This document shows positions 13,401 through 26,596 of a DNA stretch of 64,000 bases, piece by piece; position 1 is the stretch's first letter; every line of letters starts with the position of its first letter. Under the pieces are notes generated by a model. It saw only the letters and a list, made by a program, of their open reading frames with translations. It was not told the origin of the DNA and did not search any database. The stretch is from Octopus vulgaris. Taxonomy: Eukaryota. The stretch covers positions 37,386,001 through 37,450,000 of the forward strand of contig OX597818.1 of NCBI GenBank assembly GCA_951406725.2, written 5' to 3'. The position numbers were made by a program, and so were the translations under genes.

Positions 13401-15597
13401 GTGAGTATTTTTCACAACCTTCCTATTATTATGCTGTACACACTTTAAATTCTACTTCGTTAACTCTTTATTTATAAGCAGAATCTTCGACATCATCCTT
13501 GCGATTCACTGTCCTAAATATATTTGTTATGTATTCATCCTGAAGCTTTATAGTCGAAGCTTTTGTTCATATGGTGTTCATATTCGCAATGTATTTTCTC
13601 TAATTTTCTTTGTATACATCTGTAGTTATACAATTTTAGAAGCGTTCTTTTACATTTTATTTCTCATTTCATTATATTTCGAGATGTAGACGTGAAACAT
13701 CGCCTCGTATCTTTTATAATATTTCCTTTTACGTGCGATCTTAGAATAACGTATTTCACAAGTTAACGCCATTACTTGCATATCTTTACTTTCATTTGAC
13801 TTCCATCTAGAATATCTGAACCAGTCTTGTAGCTCACAATATATTTACTTTATAGGTAGCTCCTGGGTAAAATAGCAAGCCGTACGATATGCCTCGGACA
13901 CCACAATGGTTTAAAACTAGTGTTATCCCTCTCGATCATGCTAACAACAGAGTAGACTAGTGATATTGGTAGACAGGTTTTTCGCAACAACCTGCTTCTG
14001 TTGATCTTGGAATTTATTTCTTCTCTTTTCTCTTGTTTATCTAGCTCAAGAGTACACCAATCTCTCTTCCTTTCCCATATATATATGAAAGAAGAAAGGT
14101 GTTCAGAATGCTAGATGGTTGTAAAATATATATATTTACTTACAAGCGCTAATATGAAGAAATAATATGTGATATGTAAATAAATATATATTTTTACAAC
14201 CATCCAGCATTCTGAACACCTTTTTTCTTTCATATGTATTAAATCTGTACATCACCCCCAATACTTCTAACATATATGTATGTATATATATATATATGGT
14301 GTGTGGGTCGCTTATATATAATCTGTGTGCGTGCTTTATTTTTCAAAATAGATTTTCTTCGAAAATAGCTACACGTTTTGTTTTTTTTTAACTAAAAGAG
14401 GCCTTGAATTCTGTAATCATCGACGAAACTTTTTCGTTTCAGATATCCCATGTTCCACAAGTTGTCATACCTTCACATTCACCCACCCGATGTGATATTC
14501 GTCCTATATTCATCATTCCCTAATTTAGACACCTTGTTCCCTGTCTCATGTTATCACACAACACTTCCCTTACTTACATCCTTTCTTAACCGAAATATCT
14601 AGGCTGTACTAATTTTGGACTTGCTTCTGTCTTACTTTGGTATTTATATTTTCTTTATACTCCGACAGTAAAAATAATGATAAATTAAAAATCTGCAGTA
14701 CTTTAGATTTTGCAGGTTTTAGAAATCACAAATTTTTACGCTTTAGGTATAAAGGAAAATTGATAGATGTGAAGTTGTGAGATAGATGATTTCCCCCCAG
14801 AATACTAATGGCGTAGGTTGTTCCTGTAGGAGGACGAAACCACTAGCGTTGCCCGCCACAATGGTTCAAATCACAAGCTCTGCTTGTACCAGGGGAAACA
14901 TCTATTTACACACATAATATATCTGCCCGCCTGTTTATCTATTTCTCACTTTATTTGAATGCGTGTCGACACACGCACACCAGTTTCGCATTTCTTATGA
15001 TACTATTTTCATAAACAGCTGCTTTATCCAGATCAAATTAGAAGGAAGTTTTCTGTCTTTGCTCTGTGACATATCTAGATATAAATCATGATAAAAGAGG
15101 AATTTGGACGATCACTTGACATAAAACTTCGATATCTTTTCTTTAATAAAAAAAAAAATTAAATTTGAACTCTGGTTTTTTCCTTTTGTTTTCTAAGCTT
15201 CTTCATGACCATATCGCATTTACAAGTTGTCAACAAACTACACTTTATAATCTCGTTTCTTATATGGACACAATACATTTTTTTTGTGTATTTTTTCTAG
15301 CGGGAATATGTGATATCTCTGCCTTTCGTAACTATTTCCAGCGAAGTAGTCTGTGTTTTGATCAAATTTGAAAAGATTTTGTACAATATCTATTTTCATT
15401 ATGATGGAGTGTTTTAGTTGAAAAGCAAACACTTTAAACGCAAGTTTAGAGTTCAGAGTCGATCTAAGGCAGGTTCGCATAAAAAATGTTGACAATTATA
15501 ACTCCAAGAAATCGGTCAAATTGTGCTGTACTTTAAATCGTTTATATTCTGTCGTGCTTGCTAAGCCTAGTAAAATTGTTTTAGAAAATAAGTCTTT

Positions 15598-15769
15598 GGC
15601 GTAACTTCGGTATAGGTACCGCAAGTACCGGATACATTTCAAGAAAGTGTTTTTTTTTAAAATATATATACGGGGGGGGTTAGGGGTGAGAGAAAAGGGT
15701 TTCTGTTATCTTCAGAAATGTAAACAAAGCCACACCCGGTACTTACGGTATCTATACCGAAGGATCGCC
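15598..15769. mobile_element. Short TIR MITE with ~8-bp TSD
   Basis: GGCGTAACTTCGGTATAG ... CTATACCGAAGGATCGCC, flanked by TAAGTCTT repeats. Confidence 0.8.
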
Positions 15770-16724
15770 TAAGTCTTGATTTGAAAAACATTTTTTAGGA
15801 ACTGAAATCATCTACGTAGTACCCATGCACACAAACGTGTGTATGTCTTCGAACAGTACCCATTCCTGACAGCTAGGTGACGCAAGGCAATGTAAAATAA
15901 ATTGTTCTGGAGTGAATTTGATCTGGCATGTTTTAATTTGGATAAACTCTTCCTAGTCTCCTTACTTCACGTTATAGAAGCTAGACATGAGCAGGTGAAG
16001 ATTGCAGAGGGTTGATGTTTTGGGCATAAATGGTTAGTACAGGACTGAAAGGGTTGAACACATCAGGAATGTTGAAAGAGAGAAAGATGATCAGTGAAGG
16101 TATGAGACCTGCTAGTTCTAAGGAACAGAGGCTAATGTAATAGTGGTAGAACAGAGTAGACAGCACACTTGTGAGCCAGAGGCTGGAGTGTGTCCATTAT
16201 GATTAAAATCAAATTAGTTGAGTGGCCCTTGTCAAGATATAGTCAATGATGTCTGTATGTGTAGCAACAGCACTGTCTTGGGTGTAGGGACAGTACTCTA
16301 TTGTGGGCTTAATTGAACATTGTAGTAGGTTTAAGATTGAGAATTTGCTGTTCCTTTTGTGCATTCAGGTTGACAAAGATTTCTGGTGACTTCCTTCACA
16401 AGTCCTACATGCTTGTCATGGAATTTTCCTAGTAGAATATAAAGATAACATCTTATTGTCTCCCTTTTATTTGTTTCAGTCATTTGACTGCGGCCATGCT
16501 GGAGCACCACCTCACTTTGGTGGGTTTTTTTTTATATAAGATACTAATTTGTCAGCTGTTTCAGAAACAAATTTGAAGTATTGGTGAACATTTAATGATC
16601 TTGGAGAGCATAAAGATTAAAGTTGTAGTTGAGGAACAGTTAGCTGACATGGAGGACTGGAAGCTGTCTAAATATTGGAAAAATAGTTATCTGTATCATG
16701 ATAATTTGCTCCAGGTATTGAAAT

Positions 16725-17650
16725 GGCTGCTGCTCACTGCTTTGTGAATACTGTAAAGGCTGTAAGATGTGACATGGACTGCAGCAACTGAGTCTACAAA
16801 GCCGTGGTCAGCAGGAAGGGACATACATGCAGGTGTGTTCTGATTGCATCCACATGCCAGAATTCATCCCCACATCTTTGACCAGGGCTTCAGGCTCAGT
16901 TCAAATGGCTATGTGGAGCTGTGTGCGTGGTATAACCATACCCCACACACCAAGATCAAGATGTTTGAAGATCTTCATCTTTGACCAGGGCTCCAGGCTC
17001 AGTTCAAATGGCTATGTGGAGCTGTGTGCGTGGTATAACCATACCCCACACACCAAGCTGGGTACCAAGATCAAGATGTTTGAAGATCTTCATCTTTGAC
17101 CAGGGCTCCAGGCTCAGTTCAAATGGCTATGTGGAGCTGTGTGCGTGGTATAACCATACCCACACACCAAGCTGGGTACCAAGATCAAGATGTTTGAAGA
17201 TCTTCATCTTTGACCAGGGCTCCAGGCTCAGTTCAAATGGCTATGTGGAGCTGTGTGCGTGGTATAACCATACCCCACACACCAAGCTGGGTACCAAGAT
17301 CAAGATGTTTGAAGATCTTCATCTTTGACCAGGGCTCCAGGCTCAGTTCAAATGGCTATGTGGAGCTGTGTGCGTGGTATAACCATACCCCACACACCAA
17401 GCTGGGTACCAAGATCAAGATGTTTGAAGATCTTCCCAGGGATGCAATGAGGAATTCATGTGCCAGGTTCCAGAGCCATCTTGAAGCTGTGGTGAAAACT
17501 AAGAGTGGCTACTTTGAGTACTGTTATCTTCCAGTCATAATCTAGTTGATATTTTTTGATTTAAAAAGAAAAAAACCTCCTATTATTGGATGGGATATTG
17601 TGTTTTCTTTTCCTTTTATACAAATTGTCAAGTTTAGCCCAAACCCCCTG
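16725..17650 (+). mobile_element. Tc1/mariner (maT/DD37D-like) transposase fossil with internal tandem amplification
   Basis: The C-terminus KIKMFEDLPRDAMRNSCARFQSHLEAVVKTKSGYFE resembles the ..AC..F..RLEAVV.A.GGYFE end of these transposases. TIR-like end at ttgtcaagtttagcccaaaccccctg. Confidence 0.65.
16873..17434 (+). repeat. Tandem repeat, 5 units of ~115 bp
   Basis: Units start at 16873, 16976, 17091, 17205 and 17320 (103, 115, 114, 115 and 115 bp) and are almost identical. Confidence 0.95.
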
Positions 17651-18114
17651 CTTGACTGCTAAGAATTCAAAGGGCTAGAACAATGTTGCCAATCCACCGT
17701 CTTGGATTGCTACTTCATTTCATCACTCCTGAAAGGATGAAAATCAAAATTGATTTTGGCAGGATTTGAACTCAATGGGCCAGAACAAATATTGCAAGGT
17801 ATCCTTTTGTCTAATGTTGTAGCAATTCTGCAAATTCACAACTTTCATATTGCCTTTACATGGGGAAAATTACAAGAATGGCTTAAAAAAAGAAACATTT
17901 TTGTTTCTGAAGACAAAAATTGCATTGATGATTAAATGAAAATGGTTGGCTAATTAATTTCTATATATTGAGCATAAACATCAAATAATTATTTTTTACC
18001 TTTTTTTTTTGTCTGTATTCTATTGTACCAATGTTTATGATTACATTTATAACCTCATTGCTATGAAATATTATATCTTATTAAAAATATTTTTGAAATT
18101 GCAGATTTATCAAA

Positions 18115-18283
18115 ATGCCACCCAAAAAAACCTCCAGCATCGTTCCGGTTAACCCTCGGTTTCTTGATCTGCCATGTGAATGGCAAGAGTGCCAGTTTGT
18201 CACTAACGAGATGGAGAAATTCATCAAACACCTCTCTGAACACCTCACCACTTTACTAAGTAGTGTAACTCCTCCAGAACAAG
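18115..18283 (+). CDS. HINFP: Histone H4 transcription factor (HINFP/MIZF), coding exon 1
   Basis: Acceptor ttgcag ends at 18104, ATG at 18115, donor G|GTCAGT. Encodes MPPKK...LPCEWQECQFV...KHLSEH (C2H2-like). Phase 1 matches the next exon. Confidence 0.9.
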
Positions 18284-18502
18284 GTCAGTATAGAGTAGAT
18301 TCTAATTAATAAACTTGTAGAAATAGCAGAGCACTCTACAGATGTCTTCACAGTATTTAGTTTTGAAATTATTTTTATCCTGTGCAAGTTGCTGTTCATC
18401 TTTCAAGGTGAATAATGCAGTACTAGTAATGTACTTTGGCTGATTCTGTTAAATGTGCCTCTTGACTATATTAGCACTGTTTAGTGAAAAGAAGTTAATA
18501 CT

Positions 18503-18875
18503 AGGAGTGGCTATGTGATAAGTAGCTTGCTTATGAACCACATGGTTCTGGGTTCTGGGCAAGTGTCTTCTACTATAGTCTCAGGCCGACCAAAGCCTTG
18601 TGAGTGGATTTGGTAGACGGAAACTGAAAGAAGCCCGTCGTATTTATGTATACATATATATGTTTTTGTGTGTTTATGTGTCTGTGTTTGTCCCTCCCAA
18701 CATCGCTTGACAACCGATGCTGGTGTGTTTACGTCCCCATAACTTAGCGGTTTGACTAAAGAGACCGATAGAATAAGTACTAGGCTTACAAAGAATAAGT
18801 CCTGGGGTCGATTTGCTCAACTAAAGGCGGTGCTCCAGCATGGCCGCAGTCAAATGATGAAACCAGTAAAAGAGT
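18503..18875 (+). mobile_element. SINE family A
   Basis: Aligns by eye with the other family A copies. Confidence 0.85.
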
Positions 18876-19169
18876 ACTAGTGCTAATAAAACAATGGTTA
18901 GAAAGGAAATGGATACATTCATTTGATCCTCTTTGATATTATTCTTACCTTTGTTAACCAAGTAATAAACATTTCTGCTGTTATTCTGAGTGCAGCAGTA
19001 GTTTTTAAGGCTTTCCTAGACTTGGAAATATGACTAAATGGTTTAGGCTAGTTTTATGAATTGTTAGTGCTGCGAGTCCAGATGATGAGGGATGTTTACA
19101 CTTGTGTTTCATATGCTGAAATTGAATGTTTTTACGTGAATAAGACAGTTGATTCCCAGTATTACCTAA

Positions 19170-19372
19170 AAATAGAAGGAGGACTTCTCCGAACCCTCAG
19201 GTCCGCAGGTGGTCGGTCTGCACAGATGGAACCGCGAATGGCTCGCTATCTCCAGTGACTTCGCACAGGATCTCTGAGCGTGGGCTGCCATGGTTCATGA
19301 TGCCATCAGGACCAGAGAAGCAGCTGGCTCAACCTGCCCTGGGTGAACGCCATCACAAGTACAACTAAGTAA
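19170..19372 (+). mobile_element. LINE 3' end fragment with CAAGTA-type tail
   Basis: GC-rich decayed coding sequence (W...DFAQD...WAAMVHDAI) ending ...CAAGTACAACTAAGTAA. Confidence 0.5.
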
Positions 19373-19551
19373 TTACCTAAAAAGAAAGATGTTTGGTTAA
19401 TGAACAGGTTAAAAATAAGAGAAATCTGAAGCAGCACAGACTGTTGACATGGACTAAATAAACAGCCTGCATTCATGCTCAAAAGTTTTTCATATGTTGA
19501 TGTAAATAAGTTCCAATTTTTTTTTTTAAATAAATTTTTCTCTCTTTCTAG

Positions 19552-19781
19552 TGCTTGGCTGCTTCAACTGTAAATGGCGAAACTGTGATGTTGCTGTTAT
19601 TGGACATATATCAGACTACACACGACATGTTTTCTTCCATGCATTCCACACAAAGATTAAATGTATTGGTAGCATGTTAGTAAAAAACCTTGAATTACAT
19701 GCATGCACACTAGATGGCCAGAGCTGTAACTTAATACCAGATTTACCTGAATGCCTACAATGTGGATGGACTCATTGTGGG
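19552..19781 (+). CDS. HINFP: HINFP coding exon 2
   Basis: Polypyrimidine tract and tag acceptor, donor GGG|GTAAGC. Encodes CKWRNC...RHVFFHAFHTKIKCIG...CNLIPDLPECLQCGWTHC, matching the HINFP FH.FHTKLK motif. Confidence 0.93.
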
Positions 19782-20204
19782 GTAAGCTTTCATTATTGTT
19801 CATATTTTAATGTAATCAAAGTTATTGTTTGGTGTAATTATGTCGTTTTCTTTTTATGATGTCGATTTATTTATTCAAATGCTCCCCAAATTCACTAAAA
19901 GGAGTGGAATATTTATGTGGCTTAAAAAATTGATTTGTACATGAGATGGCTAATTCAAGCACATTTTAAATATGGACACTCATTTTTATTGGAAAATATT
20001 GGTAAAATATAAATGTGCAAGTATGGCTGTGTGGTAAGAAGTTAGCTTCCAAATTGCGAGGTTTTGGGTTCAGTCCTACAGCGTGACACCTTAGGGAAGT
20101 CTTTTCTATAGCTTCAAGCAGGCCAAACCATTCTGTGTGGATTTAATAAATGGTAACTGAAAGAAGCCTGTCTTTGTGTCTGTGCTTGTTTCCCTTCCAC
20201 TCCT

Positions 20205-21042
20205 AGACGTTATGGAGGGAAAGGGACTCCTTTTGAAACTCTGCCAGAGCAGTCGGCATTGTTGTGCACAATATTTAACTGATCTTGACTTTGCTGACGA
20301 TCTTGCCTTGATATCCCATTGTATTAAAGATGCAGAATCTTTGTTACAAGTACTGGAGAAAGCAGCAAACCAGGTTGGCTTTTACTGTAATGAGAGTAAG
20401 ACAGTTTATCATGACCTCCTCCTAGTTAACTGAACTTAAATTGTTCAATAATATACCAATCAAAAACGTTGACGACTTCAAATATCTTGCATCACACATA
20501 GTAGACTCCCAAAAGGACTTTTACATGCGCAAAGCTCTTGCTTGGGATGCATGTAACAAACCTGATATCTGGCACTGAAACATTTCACCCACGTTAAAAG
20601 TTAAGATATTTAGGACACTGATTGAGCTGGTCCTTCTCTATGAGTCATAGACCTGGACCTTATTGGTTCTCTTAGAAAAACAACTAGATGGAACATATAC
20701 CAACCTGCTCAGAAAGATACATAGCATCAGTTGGAGATCACACCCAACACTTGATAACATCTATGGAAATCTGATACCAGTATCCCTCAAGCTAGAGCAG
20801 AAACGGCTGCAATTTGCTGGTCACTGTCATCTAACAAAGAAAGAAGCTTTCTCATCCCTGCTCCTATGGCGTCGCTCTGGAAGTGTTTTCTCCAGGAAAC
20901 TGACATTTCCAGATACTATATATCGGCATTCAGGACTGGATATTAGAGATCTGAACACAGCAATGCAGGACCATGTAGTGTAGAAAGGGATTGTCAATGG
21001 AGTTCCAACCAACCATAGTGGTGTCGAAGGATGATGATGATT
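20205..21042 (+). mobile_element. Degraded RTE/RTEX-like LINE RT 3' part (different family)
   Basis: YLTDLDFADDLAL, FKYL, LDGTYTNLLR and RLQFAGHC with stops and frameshifts, then a (GAT)n tail. A short related piece lies at about 23325-23525. Confidence 0.82.
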
Positions 21043-21517
21043 ATGGAGAATATAGAGATTTGTTACCAATACATATGTCTATTTGTTTCCCTACATTAAA
21101 CTGTATTCTCATTTTAATGCTATGGATGTACTATAAAAATATTTTTGAGTAGACAGCAGCTAAAATACTATTAGGTTAGTGCCAACAAAAGTGTAGCCTG
21201 TTTGGTTGACTATTACTTGAAAAGTCGACAATTCATATCCTGTTGCTTGCAAAACTATTTTGTAATTGTGATCATTTATGGCTCAAATGACTTAGTCCAC
21301 TCATATTGCAAAGCAGAAACCATATCCTGCTGTAAGCATCAGTTGCACTGTAAAATTGAGAAATGTTTCATGAGTATAGTTTGGAGGAAGATGTGGACTT
21401 GACCTAGATACATTATATGAAAATTGTTTGTTTTTTTTTCTTCTTACTATTGCAAAATTAGGTCATAATGATTACAACATGAATATTTTTTACATTATTA
21501 ACCTTTTTTTTTTGTAG

Positions 21518-21623
21518 GCTGTATATGATAATCCAGAATTCTTTTATCGACATGTAGATTTTCATGCTGATAGCTTTCCAAATGGGAACAATTTAAAAGG
21601 AGGCTGTGCTTGCCAGTGGGAAG
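21518..21623 (+). CDS. HINFP: HINFP coding exon 3
   Basis: tttgtag acceptor, G|GTAATA donor. Encodes AVYDNPEFFYRHVDFHA...CACQWE (human has FDNPEWFYRHV). Confidence 0.93.
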
Positions 21624-22087
21624 GTAATATTGATTATTTTATCTGATTAAGTCCATCAATATTTAGATTTTTTTTTAATCTCAAAATGACAAAAAATTTC
21701 ATTTGAAATATGTTATGTTCAAAACCATTTTTGATTTCTTTCTTGAACACATGCAAGAAATTTATTAAGAACAGCTTAATGACTGTTGTTCATGCCATTC
21801 TCAAAGATATTAGCGATGTGAATAAATTAAACTGCCTTAATTTGGGAATTGAAAACAATTTTTTTCATATGTTTGCTAGTTACATGTTTCTTGCCCTACA
21901 ATACCAGCCACACTCGAAGCTACTTTAAAAACACTAAATTAAAATTCATTCACACAGACACACACACATTTATAATAGATCAGCCTGTGTTTATGCTGGT
22001 TAAATCAATGTTAACCTTTGTAATTTCCTTTTTTTTCTTTTGAAGTTGTAGTTTCTGAAAATAATTTTTTTTTCTCTCTTTTTATAG

Positions 22088-22234
22088 GATGTGATGTTAA
22101 CGTTAAAAGCAAGCATAAGCTACGTGAACACCTCAGGAGTCACACTCAACAAAAGTTAGTTGCTTGTCCGAATTGCGGTGGGCTGTTTTCAAGTCGAACA
22201 AAATTCTTTGACCATCTTGAACGGCAAAAGGATG
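22088..22234 (+). CDS. HINFP: HINFP coding exon 4
   Basis: Encodes [46 protein letters not shown], very close to [31 protein letters not shown] and GTAAG sites present. Confidence 0.96.
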
Positions 22235-22500
22235 GTAAGCTGGTGTTTACTCAGTTTTCTTGCTACAATTGAACAACTGACAGGTTAGTTCAAGCAACAC
22301 ACCTTCTATAGCTTAAATTTCTGTTTAAGCTATCCAGTAACTAACCATACCTTTAATTCGCTGTTTATTCATGCCTTCACTCTTCTATCACCTGTATCTT
22401 CATTGCCATAAAGTGTATTCCACATTTTCACACCACTATCAGCTGTTAAGATTAGCAAGACCATATTGGTGTTTTTGACAGAAATCCTGACAATAGATAC

Positions 22501-22894
22501 TCTTTTTTCTTTTACTTGTTTCAGTCATTTGATTGCAGCCATGCTGGAGCACCGCCTTTAATCGAGCAACTTGACCCCAGGACTTATTCTTTTGTAAGCC
22601 TAGTACTTATTCTATCGGTCTCTTTTGCCGAACTGCTAAGTAACGGGGACATATACACACCAGCATCGGTTGTCAAGCAATGCTAGGGGGACAAACACAG
22701 ACACACAAACACACACACACATACATATATACGACGGGCTTCTTTCAGTTTCCGTCTACCAAATCCACTCACAAGGCTTTGGTCGGCCCAAGGCTATAGT
22801 AGAAGACACTTGCCCAAGGTGCCACGCAGTGGGACTGAACCCGGACCCATGAGGTTGGTAAACAAGCTACTTACCACACAGCCACTCCTGCGCC
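22501..22894 (-). mobile_element. SINE family A
   Basis: Full-length copy ending ccactcctgcgcc. Confidence 0.85.
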
Positions 22895-24389
22895 TGATGG
22901 TGATGTTTTTTAACTTTGTAAATTTTATCTTTTAGCATTCAGATTTCTCTATCAAATGTAATGCTTATTTATTCACATTGCTTTGAATTAATCATGCATT
23001 ATCTTGTAACTTTGAGATTTCAATGATGTGATTACTTATTTTTAGAATGACATTGTATGGTAGGTGTGAGAGGCTGGATCTGGCCCGTTTGAACATAAAA
23101 TAAGTGGAATATTTAGGCCAGATATGACTGGTTTAAATGCTAAAGGGTTAACATACAAAGTTAAATGAACCATTGGGGTCTAATACTGATCCTTGAGGTA
23201 TTTTAAAGTAATACATGTTGACTTTTGCTCACCTAACTTAATTTGTTGTTGGTTTCTTAAACTCATCTAGTGAAATTCAACCCGTCTGGTCCCATACCTT
23301 TTGTTCCTCCATTTACTAATACTGTCATGCTTGGGATGCATGTAACAGACTTGATAAGATCTGACACGCAACCCTTCCACCTTCATTAAAAGTTAAAATA
23401 TTTAGAACACTGAAGGAGCCGGTCCTTCTCTATCAATCAGAGACTTGGACCTTATTGGTTCTCATAGAAAAACAACTAGATGGAACATATACCAACCTGC
23501 TCAGAAAGATACACAACATCAGTTGTAATTTTCTTTTCTTTCCCCATAATCCTCATCAGTCCCCTGTTTGGTTTCTGGGCCATTGACTTCCTCTGCTAAT
23601 TTTGGTCCCACACTTACAAAGAATTTAATATAATATTGAAACATTACTTCCCATATTTGTGATCTCTTCAGTAAAATATTGAGGTTAACTTGAGTTTCTA
23701 GAAATGGTTTCAAATTTTGGCAGCTGGTACTTTTTTTTATCAACCCCAAAAAGATGAAATGCAAAGTTGGCCTTGGTAGAATTTGAACTCAGAATCTAAA
23801 GCTGGAAGAAATACCAACTAAGTATTTTGTCCAGCTTGCTAATGATTCTGACATTTCCAATTTCTAATAATGCTGCACTTGTTCCATAATATCTTTTATG
23901 TTTTCATTCATCATTATTTAACGTTCACTCTCCATGCTGGCATAGGTTAGACAGTTTGACTGGAGCTGATGAGCCGGAGAGTCCTTTTCAAGTTTTAGCC
24001 AACTTATTTTTATAGACTTCTTCCTTGCCTTTGTAGTTCTATACTTAGCAAATTCTCTATGTAGTGAATTTTTTTCAATAGACATTTTCTAATCCTGTTG
24101 TTGATCTAAGGACTATCTATATGTTTTTGTTTTCTTCTGCATTGTCTTATCAGACAATTTGTCCTACAATAGTTTAAGCATATTTATATACTTTGTCAGT
24201 ATTTTCTCTGTGTATGCTATTCTCCACTTTTGTGATACAATTTCATTTCCGAAAATATTCATGGATTCTTCTGTTCTCTTTTGTTTATATTTCAAGTTAT
24301 TGGTATCCTTAACTTGCCTATAATTACAGCCACATACCACAGAAACATGCATAATCATAGCCTACTCACTGTCTTTCATATAGTTTCGA

Positions 24390-24968
24390 TGACTGGCATC
24401 CGTGTTAGTGGAGTGCTAAGAGCACCATCTAAGCGTGATCGTTGCCAGAGCGGCTAACTGGCTTCCATGCCGGTGGCACGTAAAAGGCATCATTCGAGCG
24501 TGATCATTACCAGCGTCGCCTCACTGGCATTTGTGCCGGTGGCACGTGAAAAAACATTTGAGCGAGGTCGTTGCCAGTGCCGCTGGACTGGCTCCTGTGC
24601 AGGTGACACGTAAAAAATACCATTTGAGTGTGGCCATTGAGAGTACTGCCTGACTGGCCCTCGTGCCAGTGGCACGTAAAAAGCACCATTCAAGCGTGAT
24701 TGTTACCAGTGTTGCCTTACTGGCATTTGTGCCGGTGGCACGGGAAAAAACATTCGAGTGAAGTCATTGCCATTGCCAGTACTGCCTGACTGCCCTCGTG
24801 CTGGTGGCATGTAAAAGCACTCACTACACTCTCGGAGTTGTTGGCATTAGGAAGGGCATCCAGCTGTAGAAACTCTGCCAGATCAAGACTGGAGCCTGGT
24901 GCAGCCATCAATGAAATCATCCAACCCATGCTAGCATGGAAAGTGGATGTTATACAATGATGATGATT
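24390..24968 (+). mobile_element. RTE-type LINE 3' UTR with (TGA)n tail and GGTGGCACGTAAAAA subrepeats
   Basis: Matches the 3' UTR seen at 35438, 45484 and 55332. Confidence 0.8.
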
Positions 24969-26256
24969 ACCTATTAAAATAGCAGTTTACAATGTAATTC
25001 TGCTTGGTCTAGTGGCTTTTGTATATAAACCCATGCAATGCATTGTATCCTTAAACTCTTCAAGCAGTTTGTGCTTATGTGAATGTAATAGCTTTGCATT
25101 GAAATAACTCCAAGTAACATAATCATCAACATCATTTTTAACATCCACTTTTCCATGCTTGCATTGGTCAGACAGTATCTTTCTTGAAGCAGATATTTAT
25201 TTTTACGAGTGGATGCCCTTTCTGTATCCAACCCTCACCTGTTTTTCCAGGTAAAGCAATATTTTCCCTCATCTAATGAACAATGAACATCCTGTTGATT
25301 TCATGTAGAATTGCAAACAAATAACACTGCAAGAATGTTCATTCTTTGTTAACAATCAGCTCACACATCCAGACAAGAGGAACACACAATGGACTTTTTC
25401 CATAAGCCACTTCTCTCTACCAAATCCCCCTTTTCCCCCTCAATCAGGGAGTCTTGTCTTGCAAGCTACTTGGCAACCTGACTAGTGATAGTGACATGAA
25501 AAAGTAGCCAGTAGACTTTGTAAAGTGGTTGGCACTAGAAAGGACATCCAGCTGTCGAAACCATGTCAAAATACATTGGATCTCACCGCAGTCCTCTGAC
25601 CTGTTGCATCTTGTAATCCTGTTCAACTTAGGCCAGTGTAAGATATGGAAGCTTACTAATGATGATAATATATATATGATAGAGGGAGAGAGCACACAAT
25701 TAAGTTTTTCTGTTTTTCTATATAGATTTCTATTCTAATATTTTAAAGCATGTCATCAACAGCTGTTGTCATGTTTTCTATCTTGTAACTGAAGTCTTTG
25801 TCCATATACAAAGTTGCACCTTTTCCTTTCTTCTACTTTCTGTTTACTTTATTCAGTTCATATTCGCTCAGCTCAGTGACTCTATTCTTCCCAAGACTGA
25901 TTCATGTCTCTAATAAAACTATCATGTTGAATGGTTTCTCAAACCAACTTAAACGTTATTTGATATTTTAAGAAGTTGGCATATAAACCTTTTTTTGCTG
26001 TTAAAGTGGATTATTGATGTTTAATATGTCTTGACCTTCATGTTAAACTGAAAATTTGTGTAATACCAGCAGCTGTTGATATTGAAGAAATTATTTTCTG
26101 GATTACTGTCATTTATCAAATCCTGTGAATTACAGTCCATGTATTCAAAAGCTTTCAAATCCATTTTCATATTGCGTAATCTTTCATGTTTGCTGTCTTA
26201 ATCATCTTCAACTGGAAATGAATTATTTTAGTTAGAATAAATCACAGTTGTATGTA

Positions 26257-26532
26257 CTGGAGGCACATGACCTAGTGGTTAGAGCGGTGGGATCGTGGGT
26301 TCGAATCTCAGACCGGGCGATGTGTGTGTTTATGAGCGAAACACCTAAGCTCCACGTGGCTCCGGCAGAAAGTAATGGCGAACTTCTGCTGACTCTTTCG
26401 CCACAACTTTCTCTCACTCTTTCCTCCTGCATCTTGCAGCTTACCTGCGATGAACCAGTATCCCGTCCAGGTGGGGAACCTATACGCCGAAGAAACTGGC
26501 CCTTATGAGCCAGGCGTGGCTCGAGAAGGAAC
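26257..26532 (+). mobile_element. tRNA-derived SINE (further family)
   Basis: Box A/B-like head (TGACCTAGTGG...GGTTCGAATCT), then a ...GGAAACTGGCCCTTATGAGCC-type tail. A head fragment recurs at about 52185-52260. Confidence 0.65.
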
Positions 26533-26596
26533 AGTTGTATGTTGTGTAAATTAGTCAGATTTTAAACTTTTTTTTTACATAGTCTATTTTTTGTGC

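Noticed and set aside
16873-17434. CRISPR-like array or repeat-protein ORFs (16827-17545)
   Set aside because: Units are contiguous with no unique spacers. The 115-bp period shifts frame, so the ORFs are by-products.
26257-26320. tRNA genes at box A/B motifs (also 5778, 28660, 34170, 57690)
   Set aside because: No complete cloverleaf, and each runs into SINE body sequence.
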